Source: Takakia lepidozioides (Eukaryota; Plantae; Bryophyta). Taken from it: a DNA stretch of 64,000 nt. Location: positions 1,860,001 to 1,924,000 of the forward strand of contig CM060731.1 of NCBI GenBank assembly GCA_030704615.1, given 5' to 3'. The notes beneath the pieces were generated by a model. It saw only the letters and a list, made by a program, of their open reading frames with translations. It was not told where the DNA came from and did not search any database. Below, piece by piece: positions 12,601 to 26,574 of the stretch (the stretch's first letter is position 1; the number at the start of each line of letters is the position of its first letter). The position numbers and the translations under genes were made by a program.

Positions 12601-15326
12601 GGCATGGATTCAATTGGCAGGTGTTCAAAACAGCAAGTTTGGTTGTAGCTGATGCGAGTGTTGTTGAGGACCGGCAATTTCAACTGATTAGGTATCGATT
12701 CCAATCCAGTCGATTGATTTGTTGAAAGAAATCCTTCAGAATACCTTGGCAACTGCTGAGACTTCTGGGGAGTGCTTGTTCATTTAGTTTGCTTGAATCT
12801 ACATCTATGGTCAACCATGCCAAAGCAATCCATGCTCTCCTTTTGAAGACATATGTCAGTCTGACATTTGGATTCACATGGACCTTTATCTGGGGGAACA
12901 GTCGTAGTATAATTGATTTGGCCTCTTTGCACTGCAAGAAGGGAATAGAAAAAAAAAAAATAGACGGTTGCTGACCAGCTGTTTTTTGCTTTACAGTGTC
13001 ACTGCAGAGCGATGGGTTCCAATTGTGGAGGTCCCAGAAGCTGGTCTTCCGAACTTTCTTCAGCGCAAGAAGAAAGAAGGCTTTTCTCTCTTAGGCCTGG
13101 AGCAAACTGCTAATAGTGTCTCAATTGATGAGTACATGTTCCCCAAAAAAGCGGTGTGTCACCAAATCCTGTTTCCATGGACTAGAGGTAGAAGATGAAA
13201 GAATGTACTCATAAGACGTTGTTTGCTGTAGCCTTGTGGCCATTGACCCGAACACAAAGGGACAGAAACTACCTCTGTCAAGGGCGGACGCTGGTAGTAT
13301 GACTTAACCTTGAAACCAACAATTGATCCAAGTTTTCCAGATATCCTCTGGAAATCCTTCAAACAAACATCAAACTGCTGTGTGTGATTTGCCCAATAAC
13401 TAGACCCCGAAGGGGCCTGGGCTGCTTTTGGCTCAGCCTCGAGATTTTCAAAGTTGTTAAACAGAGGTACAGGAATAATTCCCTTGATAGATTTGAAGAG
13501 GGTATCTCACCGGAGAGAGTACCCAGGACAATGAATCAGAAAGTGGATATGGTCTTCAGATTGGATGGAGTCTCCCCTATGCCTGCGAAGTCATCCGCAA
13601 ACATAAGGTGGTGGCATCACCCACCCTTAACCCAAATTCTCTCAGTTTCCACATCCTCGAGTAGTTGATTGAAGATGTAGAAGATGAAAGAAAGAAAGAG
13701 ATATAACATCCAGCAGAAATTCAAAGAGCTTATGGCGAAAAGGGAAGCCTGAAACATGAAAAGTGGGATCCCAACAACCAGCCACAATGAGAAAACTACT
13801 ACTCAACTTCAAGAGGTCTTGAAGGTGGAGAAGATAAGCCACAAGGCATCTCTAATCCTCGTAATGGAACCTCTGTGAGGTTTGGCTCTCTAAATAGGCA
13901 ATAGTAGCAGCCCTGAAGTCCTTAGTACAGAGGATAGTTTTGCGTTTCCTTGGAGACAGAGAAGCCGGTTTCCCCTTTGTCAGTTGGCCCACAGCTGCTT
14001 CTGTAAACTTGTTTTTTGGGGCATGATTAACTACTCCCAGATATGTGGAGGATGTGGCCACTTCGATATCATGATTATTGTAGAGGATGTAATCATGCCT
14101 TCCGTGCGAATGACGGCTTGCCATTATCTCACAGCCATTGACCCCATGGAAAGCTTCCTCGGGGAACCTTTTGTGAGGTTTGCACCTGCCAGGGCTTATC
14201 CCGGCAGCTCAGCTGCAGGTATAAACTTATTTTTCCTCAACTTCCATTAAGGTGCTCGCAGAGGCACTTGTCTGCATGCAAACTCGACAGCCTGGTTGCA
14301 GAGATTTTAATTTTAGTTTTATATCCCTGCATTTACCACAGAAACCACATGTATGGGGAAGGCATATGCCCGTCACTCTGGGTTGTGTGCAGGGCGAGTT
14401 TGTCATAGAGAATCTCCAATTAGCAGGGCCATTGAAGAGCATGATATTGGTTTTGTAAACCTGCAGTCCATAGTTCTTCTCCAAAATGTGAAGGTGTCTT
14501 TGTAGGATGATGGGAGATTGATCCAATAACACAACATCGTCACAGTACAGAAGCACTAATTGTGGCAGTCTCCCATCTAAAGTTGCCCTCTGGCACCAGC
14601 TTTGGATGGAGTTCAAGATAGGAGGCAGAAGGGGATTCGAACTTGGAGGCTTTGCAGTAGTTTTCAAACATTTATTGAGATTGGTTGTCGTTTTTTCTGC
14701 TATTTCCCAGACCATCTTTGTGATTGTATTTCAATTTTCATCAATATTACACTTGTAAGAGGACAGAGAAAGAGGAAGTCAGATTTTTCAGGGAGGGCCT
14801 AGGCAGGGGCTTCAAACTGTTTTCAAATATGCAACAATCTTCCTGTCTGATTGTTTGAGAAGATTCTTTGGATACGATCAACCGTAGCATCTCTTACTCA
14901 TTCTTGTGCAAAGGTCCAGTGCCAATATATTTGCCTAAGCTCTAGTGTCCAACCAATATTATTTCAAGTAAGGGATCAGTCCAACATCTTTCTAATGTAT
15001 TGTATAAATTTAACTATGGTCAGGGCCAAGCATTCCACAACCATTGGCTATGACCCTGTTGTATTGATTGTACGAATTGGTTGAAGGAATGATTGGAGCT
15101 GTTGAAGAATCATCTGAGTGATAAATTGCAGGTGCTGGTTCTGGGGCGGGAGAAGGAGGGCATTCCAGTTGATCTCATCCAGGTGCTGGATGCTTGTGTT
15201 GAGATCCCGCAGCTTGGCGTGATTCGATCTCTCAATGTGCATGTCAGTGGAGCCATCGCTGTCTGGGAATACACCCGGCAGCACCGCCCTCGGTTTGGCC
15301 TCCCCTCTTCTGTGGGGAGTATATGA
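642..15326 (+). CDS. TARBP1: TARBP1/Trm3-like tRNA (guanosine-2'-O)-methyltransferase, SpoU/TrmH family; 3' part, with the 5' exons outside the window. Predicted exons: 642-782, 960-1208, 1517-1659, 1986-2106, 2866-3033, 3294-3441, 3554-3654, 3941-4111, 4287-4334, 4756-4863, 5200-5274, 5636-5686, 6173-6319, 10429-10532, 10862-10952, 11186-11254, 11560-11935, 12022-12173, 12621-12691, 12997-13153, 15132-15326
   Basis: Exons join in phase at GT/GC-AG sites. The C-terminal SPOUT domain has motifs [43 protein letters not shown] and [24 protein letters not shown]. Upstream exons carry family-typical segments ([37 protein letters not shown]). Confidence 0.92.
6450..10354 (+). mobile_element. Decayed non-LTR retrotransposon (LINE) array in a TARBP1 intron: three head-to-tail copies (~6450-8933, 8934-9951, ~9954-10354)
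   Basis: RT motifs across frameshifts ([50 protein letters not shown]), RPALEYGS, and a C-terminal CPLC[11 protein letters not shown] zinc finger. The same 3' terminus (AAACAACGTCTTATGAGTACAwTCTAkTACTC) occurs three times. Confidence 0.9.
13200..13640 (-). mobile_element. Internally deleted LINE fragment, same family as 6450-10354, in reverse orientation in the last TARBP1 intron
   Basis: 13201-13226 is the reverse complement of the family 3' terminus. 13230-13560 matches the 3' region, and ~13565-13610 encodes [10 protein letters not shown] (RT catalytic region). Confidence 0.85.
13850..14720 (-). mobile_element. Old, heavily decayed LINE RT fragment of a different family
   Basis: Minus-strand [23 protein letters not shown] and [12 protein letters not shown] resemble RT motifs 5-7. 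Confidence 0.6.
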
Positions 15327-16329
15327 CAAATGGGGGGAAACAGGTATTTTGTAGATGAGGATCGAGTGTTGTGGAAGAACACTGGACAGGTCATTATTTT
15401 GAAGATTTATTGGTCGTAATCTCTTTGTTTATCAGTAAAATCTCGCCGGAGAGCTGTCAGTGTGATGTTGCTATAGGACTCAATTGTCTAAAGATGGATG
15501 AAGGGCCACTTCACATGTGAGCCCCATACTATACTCGTACTTTAGAGTGAAGGGAACACATTTTGAAGAGAGGTCAGGAAATCTAACCCGGGTGGTGCTC
15601 GAAGATATAATTCCTTAAAGAACATCTGGATTGTGGGTGATGGAATAGACATGGGCATACCAAGCATCATGTCTCCTAAAAAGATGGAGCTCATGAGGGT
15701 TTGGTCTGCCAAAAAGAAGTAAAGATGTTGCTATGTCAACCCGGCTCTGCTGTGACAAGCAGTACCACAAAACATCTTTTCGAGCAACAACCAAAAAAAC
15801 CAATGCTGAAATTTCCTGTCTCTCCTCAAATGAGTGTGAGCAGATGTTGTCACCTCCCCCTTTTGCAAGAGAGCCCATTGCCGTTTGAGGCTTGTTTTAT
15901 GTTTCAATGTGAGCGGCAAAATGAAGAGAAGGAATGTGAGAACTTGAATTAAGCGGGAGGAGCCATTTTAAGTAGCAAGCGCAGAGCATTGGTGTCGTGG
16001 TGCGGCTACTACACCAGATGAAGCAAAGCTCCTTTGGACAGGGAATGGGTGACCTCCCGGGAGGAACCCGTGCTGCACCCAATCATGCCTGTCTAGTGGC
16101 ACCAGAGGCCACTGGTTTTTCCTTGGCTTCAACCCAAAGGGCTGCACCAATAATGGATAACTCTCCCCACTACATAACAACTTCCTCCCTAGGCTCACAA
16201 GAAGTAAGCCTAATGTTCAATTCTCTCAGACCATAACCGTGGTTGAATTTGCAAAGCCACTACTCAACCTACCCGTGTAGTAGGTCAACCCTAGTATTAC
16301 ATTGGTTACTTCAAAAGAATGTGCTCAAA

Positions 16330-19300
16330 TCAACTGAGCTGCAAATAGTTTTTGATAACTCCCATCATCTCACTGCCTGTAAAACGTCCAAGACAGCCCC
16401 TGGCTGCTGCAATCTCACCAAATGTAACCACAAAATCCCCAGCTACTGCCTTCTTCTGTTCATGAACCTTGCTCTTCTCATGGATGCCATTTGTGAAAGG
16501 ACCTAGCTTTTCAGCCTCGACAACTGGCAGCTGAAAGGGAGACAAAGACCTCGCCAAAACAACTTGCTCTCCACCCTTGGCCTTCACGAAATCCTTCAGA
16601 TGACAAATGGTGAAAGGGACAGGCTCATAGCTATGGTCGCCATATTCCACTGGCGTGGAGTGGTCCCCTGTCACGCACATGGAGTAGTGCACACTGCCTG
16701 TGCACTCAGCTTCCCAAAGCAAACGTGCCAACTGGCCTATCATAGTGTCCACAGCTTCAAACGCCTTCACTTTCAGCTGGAGTGCCTTGTCGTGACCACA
16801 ATCATCAATTGCCTGCAAGATATCCCACACACCAATGCTCAGATTTAGGAGTGTTATAGAGAAAGATATTCACATCAGTGAGCAATTTGCTGGTCCAGAG
16901 TGATGCTCAACTTGGAATCTGTGCCGTTTGGGTGTGATGTCTGGAATGAGAACTTCATTCAGTTGATCCGTCTAGTTATATCGCCACTTGACTTACAACT
17001 CACAAATTCTCTTCTGATGAGCTCCAGCCAGCAGATCCACAACATGGGATATGCTGGCCCTTTCACTACTATCAAGAGAATTAGTCTCCAAACTTATCCT
17101 CCAAAGAGCTATGCAAACAACTGTACGAAGAAGTGTCACCACTATGCATTACTCCTGGCAGTGAAGTGTGTTGGTTGATACAGTATAGCTAATACATTAC
17201 CTTTAACCAAATAGTACACAACCTCTGTCAAAAAATAACTGCTAGTGAAGGGGAGGCACCTTGATATGAAGAAAACCGAAGTCATAGCCCTCGCTGAATC
17301 CAGGTCGGCCCTCATCTTCACCAGGAACAAACACCTTGGGTGGAGGCGCCAGAGGGGCCGCCAACGCCTTCGCAATTGCAGTTGCCTTGGAGGTGAGAAG
17401 CGTACGGTAGTCACCAGTGGCCCCTGGGGCCTCCAAGATGTCAATGCCTAGGGACAATCCCAGACCAGCTATGATTTTGGTGGGAGCAACCATGCATGGT
17501 CGCAGCCCTTGCTGTTCTAGAAACGTTGGCACCTGTAAGGACCACCCACGCTTCTGGTTTCATTACCAATGGACTAACAGAGCTCACACCCAGACTCTAA
17601 TGCTGACTAGCTGCAATTCAAGTTCTATACCCCACATTGCTCTAGACTGATAAGTCCTACAAGTCATCCTTGAGAAGAACAGTTCAGTGTGATGAGCTTT
17701 AAATTCAAGTTCTAGACCCGGCATTGCTCTCACATGGTAAAATCCCACAAGGCAACCTTTGAGACATATATATCAGTGTGATCCTGCGTATGTTTAGCAC
17801 CAGTAGAAGGTAAAGAAGTCACAAAGGAATGAGGTAAATCTATCCTTTTGGAATAGGGCAACAATATGTCTAAAAAAGAGCAGAGCTTATAAGGTGAAGC
17901 AGACAAGATTTATCCCCTGTACTTGCTCCGATAGCACGTTAATGCAACTGATACTTCACAAAATTTGACGGGTGCATCCAGTACTACGGTGCCATGTCAC
18001 AGTAAGGAGCAGAACATAGCATGGAAAGCAGACCTCAATGCGAATGCCACAGCCGCGCAGCAGCACTACATTGGCAACAGCCTTGCCTTTTGCTGCACGC
18101 TCTGCATTAAGTGGGTGTGCTCCCAAAATACTGCGCATGACCATTGAAAGCTCATTTACCACCATAGCTGTGTGTGCTGCCTCCTTGCTATCATCCAGTC
18201 CCTTAACATCAAGCAGTTGACGATTGTCCTTCAGTGGGTCAGTGCCTGAGATGTTGCCACTCAAACCTGGCCCACTCACCACCACCCCACACCTGTGCTC
18301 CGTGGCATACCTGAGGTCAAATACTGTTGTAGTAAGATTGCCTTCAATAAGTTGGGAATGGCTACATATCTGCAGTCCCACTAAAAGCTGTGTGGTACCT
18401 TGGAATCGACAAAACCCATCTACAAGGTGAGTTTCACTGGTGTGGTAATACTTATGGGCCCCTCATCTCTGTCCATAGTGGAAAAGGACTATACAGTCAA
18501 AGGGCTCAATCAGCTCAGTCACTCATGTTTGTCTTAAAACCCCAAGCCAAATGCTGTTCCAAGGTCCAGCTGAAGCTAGCATGCCTTGGTTGTCAGGGAA
18601 GATGCCCTCGTTATCAATCACATTGTGGTCTCACTCGGCATCCCAACATATAATAGATCTCAGGGCCATTCGTGAAATTAGAATTTAGTGTAAGGGAGAC
18701 TTACCTTGGCAGGATAGAGTCTAGAAGGTGCACCTGACAGAAACTTTGTAGTTAGGATAGGATGGCAACTTCAACCCGTTGAGGGCCGCACTTAGAATGG
18801 GGCCCTCATGCTCAAAGTGCCGGTCTGCCCTCCTGCTGGTAACAACTCCGGTCTCCTCATCTATTGTTGCAAAATTGCTCTGTTTGGCCACCCTCTCTCC
18901 CCGACCCAGTCAAAAATGGGAGCTCAGATAATCTGCGCATATCTGATGCCATTGTCTGGTCTACATGCAGAAGATGATACAGCGGTTTGCAGCACGGATA
19001 AGTCCAACCTCTTCCAAAAACCAGCCAGAACGCTGGTTTTTCTTGCTTCCTTAATTTCTCATCTCGCCAACCAGATGGCGGAAGAGGGTAGGGGACCACG
19101 AATGAGAGAACGGGAAAAAAAAAACGCAGCAATGAAGGCCCACGGACAAGAAGAATAACGAAGTGAAAAGAAAGACACACAGACAGGATAAAGAATGTGA
19201 TAGACCCATTAACAAACCTTGAAGGCAATATCGCCAGGAATCATCGCAAGACCGGCACCCAGAGACTCAAAGGAGCCACGGCCACGATAGTAGATGCGAG

Positions 19301-19532
19301 GATTGTAACCAAGCAAAGAGAGATGAGCAGTGTCACTACCGCATGCCAGACCTGGCTCCACGGGGTCCATGAGCCCACTCACCCCCGCACTTGCCATCGC
19401 ATCCAAATTGGGCGTTTCTGCAGTTTCTACAGGGCTCTTCCATCCTAGGGAGGGCACCGCCACATCCCCCAGCCCATCCACCAGCACCAACACCACCCTT
19501 GACTTCGGCTCTTTCTGCTCACCCAGTGTCAT
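16330..19532 (-). CDS. 2,3-bisphosphoglycerate-independent phosphoglycerate mutase, archaeal ApgM-like type; exons 19532-19218, 18879-18734, 18310-18034, 17532-17260, 16812-16330
   Basis: Five in-phase GT-AG exons. Metalloenzyme motifs VLVDGLGD, GSDTAHLSLLGY, GRGSFES, ATEHRCGVV, NVVLLRGCG, FLHIKAIDDCGHD and VTGDHSTP. ATG at 19532, TGA at 16330. Confidence 0.93.
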
Positions 19533-20009
19533 GTCTGCGGATTGCAGCTGTGCCAACGGAGAGAGTTAGAGCCAGAGAGAGATCTCACAAGGGAAATTGA
19601 AGAGCAACTCTGTAACTTATGTTCGGTGGTCAGGTCTGCACGCTTGTGTGAAGCTCCAATTTATAGTTCATGGATCCATCGATTGCTGGCAGGGTTGACT
19701 TGGGTAACATGTTTCTGAAGCCAGAGAGATGACGCCAACCGGAGTTAGCGGAAGTAAATAAGAGCCTTGGCACCCCAAGTTATCAAGTTTTTTTTTCTCT
19801 CTCTCTCTCTCTTTCAGTGAAAAGTTAGTAACTTATGCTCTTTGAAAAAAAGAAGGGGGACAGAGGCCCTTAAATCGAATTAAAATGCACCAAAAGTCGT
19901 GAATGCAAATATATACAAGACGCCAACCGAAGTTAGCGTAAATGAGAGAGAGAAAAAAAAATGTAATCTAGAAGAAGTTGAGGAATCAATATATGAAGGA
20001 AGCCAGTTT

Positions 20010-20310
20010 GTTTTGTTTTGTTTTGTAGCGCTGAGATGTCCCAAACCGGGGGGCAGCCCTGGTAACTTGGCCCGTTGGAAAGCCCTGCCAAGCATTAGAT
20101 GGGGCATGGAGTTGAATGCGAGGGGCCCGGTTCTGCCAGCGTGGACCCTCCCCCACCCCACGCCCCATGAGACATGCCCTCTCCCGCATTCCCATCCCTC
20201 CTGCCCTCATGCATGGCATCGCCCTCCATCCCCCCCTGCATGCCTTCATCCTCCCCATGCTACATGGCATCCCAAGCATACATCATGCCCTCTTTCAAAA
20301 ATCATTCTGA
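20010..20310. repeat. Dispersed repeat, unclassified non-autonomous TE-like; related copies at ~26575-27060 (partly inverted) and ~34055-34820
   Basis: 20110-20305 matches the reverse complement of 26575-26845 (GGGGCCCGGTTCTGCCAGCGTGGACC...CATCATGCCCTCTTTCAAAAATC). 20010-20090 matches 34360-34450. Confidence 0.75.
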
Positions 20311-20856
20311 CATCTATTCAAATTTCAACTGGCAAATCTAAAGAAAGAATGGACGTTGGGATATATACCACATCGTCACATACACTCCAACCCTCATACA
20401 CTCCAACCCTAATCCAGGGTTCTGCTACCCTCAGCGTGCATTTCCTTGTACAGTAGTTCTCTCCAAGCCGTCCAAATGCGTCCCCACCCTGGCACTCTGC
20501 GTTCACCTTCCATATTGAATTGTGTTTGTATAATGTTGCCCACATGAACATGTTGCATGGATGTCTGGCCCACATGAAGAAGTTTGTGCTTGCATAGGGT
20601 CCAATTTGTTGTCTGATGCATGAATTTCCATTGCAGCTATACATGCCCACAATCTGCCAGCACCATGTGGTTGAATCTATGGCTGCCCAGGGGCCCATTG
20701 GTGGTTTTCACAGAGAAGTCCAAGATCACCAGACTTCAGACATAAGTGCGCAAAGGAGGCACGTTGGATAGCAAGTTGGTTGAACCCTCCTTGGGTGAAA
20801 GCAGAGCTGGATGCCATGATACAAGGTCTAGCACAGTGTGGTGATGCAAGGACACT

Positions 20857-22897
20857 ATGTATGCAGGGCGACTGAAAGACGCAGTGCACATTTTGAACCG
20901 GCCAAGACATTTCGGCAGACTCCGACACTTACGTCCGTCTCTTGCAGGAGTGCATCAACATGCAAGGCCTAGAAGAAGGAAAGCAGGTGCATGCCCACAT
21001 TATCCGAACTGGGTTCAAGCCAAAAGTCTTCTTACTTAACACCCTTATGAACATGTACGCCAAGTGCAAGAGCGTGTTGGATGCATGGCAAGTGTTTGAC
21101 AACATGCATAAACGAGTGATATTTACCTGGAATATAATGATAGCAGGATATGCCAATTATGGGTGCGGGAGGGAGGCAATTGAGATGTATGAGCAAATGA
21201 TGCAGGAAGGGATGACACCCAATAAGGTGACATTCATATGCATTGTGAAAGCATGTGCCTATCTGGCATCCCTGGAGAAGGGCAAAGGGGTCCATGCCGA
21301 CATTATCAGAGCTGGGATTGCACCAGATGTGATTCTGGAGACTACCTTTGTTGACATGTATGCCAAATGTGGGAGCATGCAGTATGCGCGTCAAGTGTTC
21401 GATAATTATACTCATCATGGGTGTTGTATGGAGGCTTTTGAGATGTATGAGCAAATGATATAGGAAGAGGTGACTCCGGACAAAGTTACTTTCATTTGCG
21501 TTCTCAGGACGTGTGGCAGTCTGGCAGCCCTGGAGAAGGGCAAAGAGGTTCATGCTAACATTATCAAATGTGGAATTCCACCGGATATCATCCTGGAGAC
21601 TGCCCTCACAAACATGTACACCAAATGTGGGAACATGAAGGATGCGCTTGAAGTGTTTGACAACATGGCTGAGCGCGATGTTGTGTCATGGAGCGCTATG
21701 ATTGCAGGATATGCTCAGAATCACTGGGGTAGGGAGGCTTTTGGCATCTATGACCACATGATCAAGGAAGGCGTGGCACCCAACAAGTCACAAATATCTT
21801 CTCAATGCTTGTGCCAGCCTTGCAAGCCTGGAAAAAGGCAAAGAACTGCATGCTGAGATAATCAAAGCTAGAATCCCAGCAGATGTCATTCTGGACACTG
21901 CCCTTGTTAACATGTATGCAAAATGTGGGAGCATGGAGGATGCCATTCAACTGTTTGACAATACAACTCAACGGAATGTGGTTTCATGGAATGTGGTGAT
22001 TGCAGGATGTGGTCAGCATGGTTGTGCCATTTGAACAAATGCAAGAGAAAGGGTTGAAGCCAAATAGTGTCACCTTCATTTGTGTTCTCTCTGCATGTAG
22101 CCATGTAAGCCGAGTGGATGAGGGTTGTCACTACTTTGATTACATGAATCAAGTTCATGGCCTTGCTCCTACAGTGGAGCATTTTGGCCACATGGTGGAC
22201 CTTTTTGCGCGTGAGGGAATATTGGTTGATGCAGAGGAGTTTGCCAACAGAATGCCTATCAAACCAGGTGCTTCAGTGTGGGGGGCCTTGCTTGGTGCTT
22301 GCAGAATTCATGGCAATGTGGAGGTAGCGCCCGAACATGTGGCAAAATGCCTCCTGCAGTTGAATCCGCAGGAGGCTGTGACTTATGTGCTGCTTTCAAA
22401 CATCTATGTTGCAGCTGGCAGGTGGGACGATTCAACAAAAGTGAGAAAAATGATACACGACAGAGGTGTGAGAAAAGAACCAGGGCACAGTTACATTGAG
22501 GTAGACAACCGGGTGCATACATTCGTTGAAGAAGAGAATTCGCATCCACAAATTGAGGAAATCCATGTTGAGCTGAAGAGATTGTCTATGTGCATGACAT
22601 GTGCATGAAAGAGGTTGGGTATGTATCTGACACACAGTTTGTATTGCATGATGTGGAGGTGGAGCAAAAAGAAGTTTCTCTTTGTCACCACAATGAGAAG
22701 CTGACAATTGCTTTTGGGCTCATGAGCATCCCCCTGGGATGCCCATCTGTGTCATCAAAAACCTATGGGTGTGTGGTGACTGCCACACCGCTACCAAATT
22801 CATATCAAAGATTATTGGTCGTACAATTGTTGGGCGGGATACCAACCGCTTTCACCACTTCCAAGATGGGGACTGCTCTTGTGGGGATTACTGGTGA
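20857..22897 (+). pseudogene. PLS-class PPR-E-DYW RNA editing factor pseudogene
   Basis: P/L/S repeats (LMNMYAKC, WNIMIAGY, VTFICIVKAC), E domains (WGALLGACRIHG, TYVLLSNIY), PG box (KEPGHSYIE), HNEKL, CGDC and terminal CSCGDYW-stop at 22897. Lesions: in-frame TAG at 21461, internal deletions, and frameshifts near 21790, 22600 and 22735. Confidence 0.92.
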
Positions 22898-24052
22898 AAA
22901 AAACAGCAAGTGTGTTGCCTCAAGCAGGTAATAAACAAGTGTTTCATTGAAAACATCTCAACTGTCCCTGTGAACTACCCATATGATCTCTTTGCCACCA
23001 AAAACTTTAAAGTGATTCATTCATGGTGAATATTGCCATCCACGTGCAACACTGAAGTGCCATATTTATGGCAGGCCTTATAGCAGAGCAGTGTTGATTC
23101 ATTCATGTCGACGATCACAATCACAGACATTATCGAACAGCTGGAGTACCAAACTGACGGGAAGCTTCATTGCAGGGGAGAATGAATCACCAAATAGCTG
23201 AAGTATTGGATTGCAAGGTGTGTTAGTTCATCATGGTGATAATCACCATCTGTGTACATCTTCAAACAGCTGGAGCACCAAATTCGCGGAAAGTCTTATT
23301 GGGGCAAAGTGTTGATTTATTCATGGTGATGATCACCATCCGCGTACATCAGTCAACAGCTGGAGTACTCGTGGAAGCCAGGTGTTACCAGCTTCCACAT
23401 GAAACATGTTATGGAGTTGAAAGTTCTTTTACCAAAAAAGGTTGAACAAGGGGATCACAAAATCATTAAGGATGCAAACGCACACATTCCTAATTGTTGA
23501 ATGTAAAATGTCCTTCCCTTTTTGTTGCCTGCATCTGAAAAAATGCCCAGAATTGATAACAAAACCGACATTCTAGTAATATAGTCATGTACCATGTTCC
23601 AGTTTGCATTTGGAAGTTCCATATACCCTCTTCTGCCGGCTGCCCGAACCGTTCCCATTCAAGTGTCACCCAATCAAGTGACAAGGACACTTGTGCAGCC
23701 CCATCCTTTCCTACACAACACGTGTACACTTTGGGATGGATGCATGCATGATTGCTTTTACATGCAAGTTGGAGCAACTTTGGGATGAATGAACCGTCAT
23801 GGATGAAGGTTAAAAGTTATCATGCTATGAATGAAAACACATATAGAAAGTATGAGTGCATATGTGCATATAGACTAAGTGCCTGTACAAGGGAATGATT
23901 GCATTAGTCAAGAATGGTATCATGAAACCATAAGAGTGTAATACCATTCCCATCCCGAATGGGAGGAATGCATGCATGCAAGGTTTGAGATGGAAGTTGG
24001 ACCCACTTTGAAGAAAATATGGATATGCACTATGTTGCATTCATGAAATTTC

Positions 24053-26140
24053 TAGGGCGTCCTAGGGGTCGTGCTGATGAGCCCAAAACCAATGGCCAGC
24101 TTCTCACTCTGGTGATAGAGAGAAAATTCATTTTGCTCCTCCACCACATCATGCAGTACAAAGCATGTGTCAGGCACATACCCCGCCTCCTTCATCTGCC
24201 CAGACAATCTTCTCAGCTAAGCATGGATTTCCTTAATTATGGGATGTAGTTTGTCATCTACAACAAAGGTGTGCGCCCTATTGCCAACCTCAATGCAGTA
24301 GCGACGTGGCTCCTTCCTAACCCCTCTGACCTTCATCATTTTTCTCACCTTTGCACTATCATCCCACCTGCCAACTGCAACATAGATGTTTGATAGCAAC
24401 ACATAAGTCGCGGCATCTTGTTCATCCCACTTGAGAATAGATGTTGCAGCAGGTTCAGCCATCTCCACATTGCCATGGATTCTGCAGGCACCAAGGCCCT
24501 CCAAACCATAGCATTTGGTTTCATTGGCATTTTGTTAATGAGCTCCTCTGCCTCATCCAATTGCCCCATATGTCCAAGAAGGTCCACCATGCAGCCAAAA
24601 TGCTTTACTGTCGGAGAGACACCATGATCTTGACTCAGGGAATCAAAGTAGCGTCTTCCTTCATCCAGTAGGCTAGTGTGGCTGCATGCAGAGAGAACAC
24701 ATATAAAGGTGATATTGTCTAGCTTCAAGCCTTCCGTTTGCATTCCTTCAAATAGTTGCAGGCTTCCCTATGACAACCATGCTGGGCATATCCTGCAATC
24801 ATAGCATTCCAGGACGCCACATCTCGTTCGGCCATATTGTTGAACACTCCCTTTGCATCCTCCATGCTCCCACATTTGGCATACATGTCCACGAGGGCAT
24901 TGTTCATAGTGACATTTGGTACAATACCAACTCTGACAATGTCACCATGGACCTCTTTGTCCTTTTCCAAGGCTGCCAGGCTTGCACATGCATTGCAAAC
25001 GTGATGTGGTTGGGCTTCACCTCTTCCTGCATCAAATTTTGCTCATATGTCTGCAAAGCCTCAGTCCCGCACCCCTGCTGTGCATATCCTGCAATCATTG
25101 CATTCCACGACACCACATCACGTTCAGCCATAGTGTCGAACACTCCCTTTGAATCTTCAATGCTCCCACATTTGGCATACATGTCGAGAGCTACCAAGCT
25201 TGCACATGCCTTGCAAACACAAACAAACATGATGCAGTCGGGCTTCACCCCTTCCCACATCATCTGCTCAAAGGTCTCCAAAGCCTCCATCTCGCATCCT
25301 TGCATATCCTGCAATCATCCTGTTCCATGACACCACATTTTGTTCAGCCATATTGTCGAACAACCCCTGTGCATCTTCAATGCTCCCACATTTGGCATAC
25401 ATGTCCACCAGGGCAGTGTTCAGAATGACGTCTGGTACTATTCCAACTTTGACGATATCACCATGGACCTCTTTGCCCTTTTCCAAGGCTTCCAGGCTCG
25501 CACACACACTGCAAACGCAAACAAACGTGATATGGTTGGGCTTCACCCCTCCGTGCATAATTTGCTCATAGGTCTCCAAAGCCTCCATCCCACACCCGTA
25601 TTGTGCACATCCTGCGATCATCGCGTTCCATGACACCACATTTCGTTCAGCCATGTTGTCGAACACTCCCTCTGCATCTTCAATAATCCCACATTTGGCA
25701 TACATATCCAGCAAGGCAGTGTTTAGAATGACATCTGGTACCATTCCAGATCTGACAATGTCACCATGGACCTCTTTGCCCTTTTCCAAGGCTGCCAGGC
25801 TCGCACATGCATTGCAAAAGCAAACAAACGTGATGTGGTTGGGCTTCACCTCTTCCTCCATCATTTGCTCATGTCTCCAAAGCCTCGATACCACGCCCAT
25901 GTTGTGCATATCCATATCTTGCGATCAGTCTGATGAGAGGGCAAATCAGGCTGAAATAGATTGAACAAGAAGGTTCCCTCACCACATTGTCCTTGACTTT
26001 GTGTCATGACTGATGGAGGATTCAACCGACCATCAACCCAAAAGGACCTCTTGTATATGCTGCTTGTGTCCATGGTGGGGTAATGTCGGATTGGTCTGTG
26101 AGAACCACCACGGTGCAGCTGAGCAGCCATAGATTGAAAC
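24053..26140 (-). pseudogene. PLS-class PPR-E-DYW pseudogene with truncated DYW domain
   Basis: PPR repeats in ORFs 25268-25915, 24904-25314, 24725-24970 and 24345-24743 with frameshifts between them. E/E+ region (ATYVLLSNIY, KEPRRYCIE). The DYW start reads [21 protein letters not shown] then stop. Confidence 0.9.
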
Positions 26141-26574
26141 ACGACCTCCTAAGACCAAGCTGACCCTCCTAAGCACCTTGTAAACACCAAAGAAAAATAC
26201 CAAATCGTGATACTAACAGGAAGAGCCAAACTTCTTCACCTCATACATTAAGAGAAAGCCACACCTTACGATTACGGTTGTCCCACCATCGTGAAGGATC
26301 TTTAAAGAACTCATGCTAGCTCCGCTCCGTGCTCCAAGGTAGACTTTTGTGCCCGAAAATCCAGCAGCATCAACATTTTGCCAAGTTCCTTTACGGAGGG
26401 GTGCTAGTGAGCTTTCAACAACATTCATGCTGGTCACTTTAGGCTCCATTGGACTCTCCACAATGAGGACATACAAACATGTCCAAACGTACACAGATGT
26501 TAAACCAGCTTATGTCTGCAGTGTGGAGATTTTGGAGTGGTCTCTGAAAACTTGTTTGGGCGTACTCCCCAAAC

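Noticed and set aside
16330-19532. Recent horizontal transfer of an archaeal-type phosphoglycerate mutase
   Set aside because: This ApgM-like family is already known in land plants, and the gene has four ordinary introns.
22450-22897. U-to-C (DYW:KP-type) editing factor
   Set aside because: It has a canonical PG box and a DYW end, and is frameshifted.
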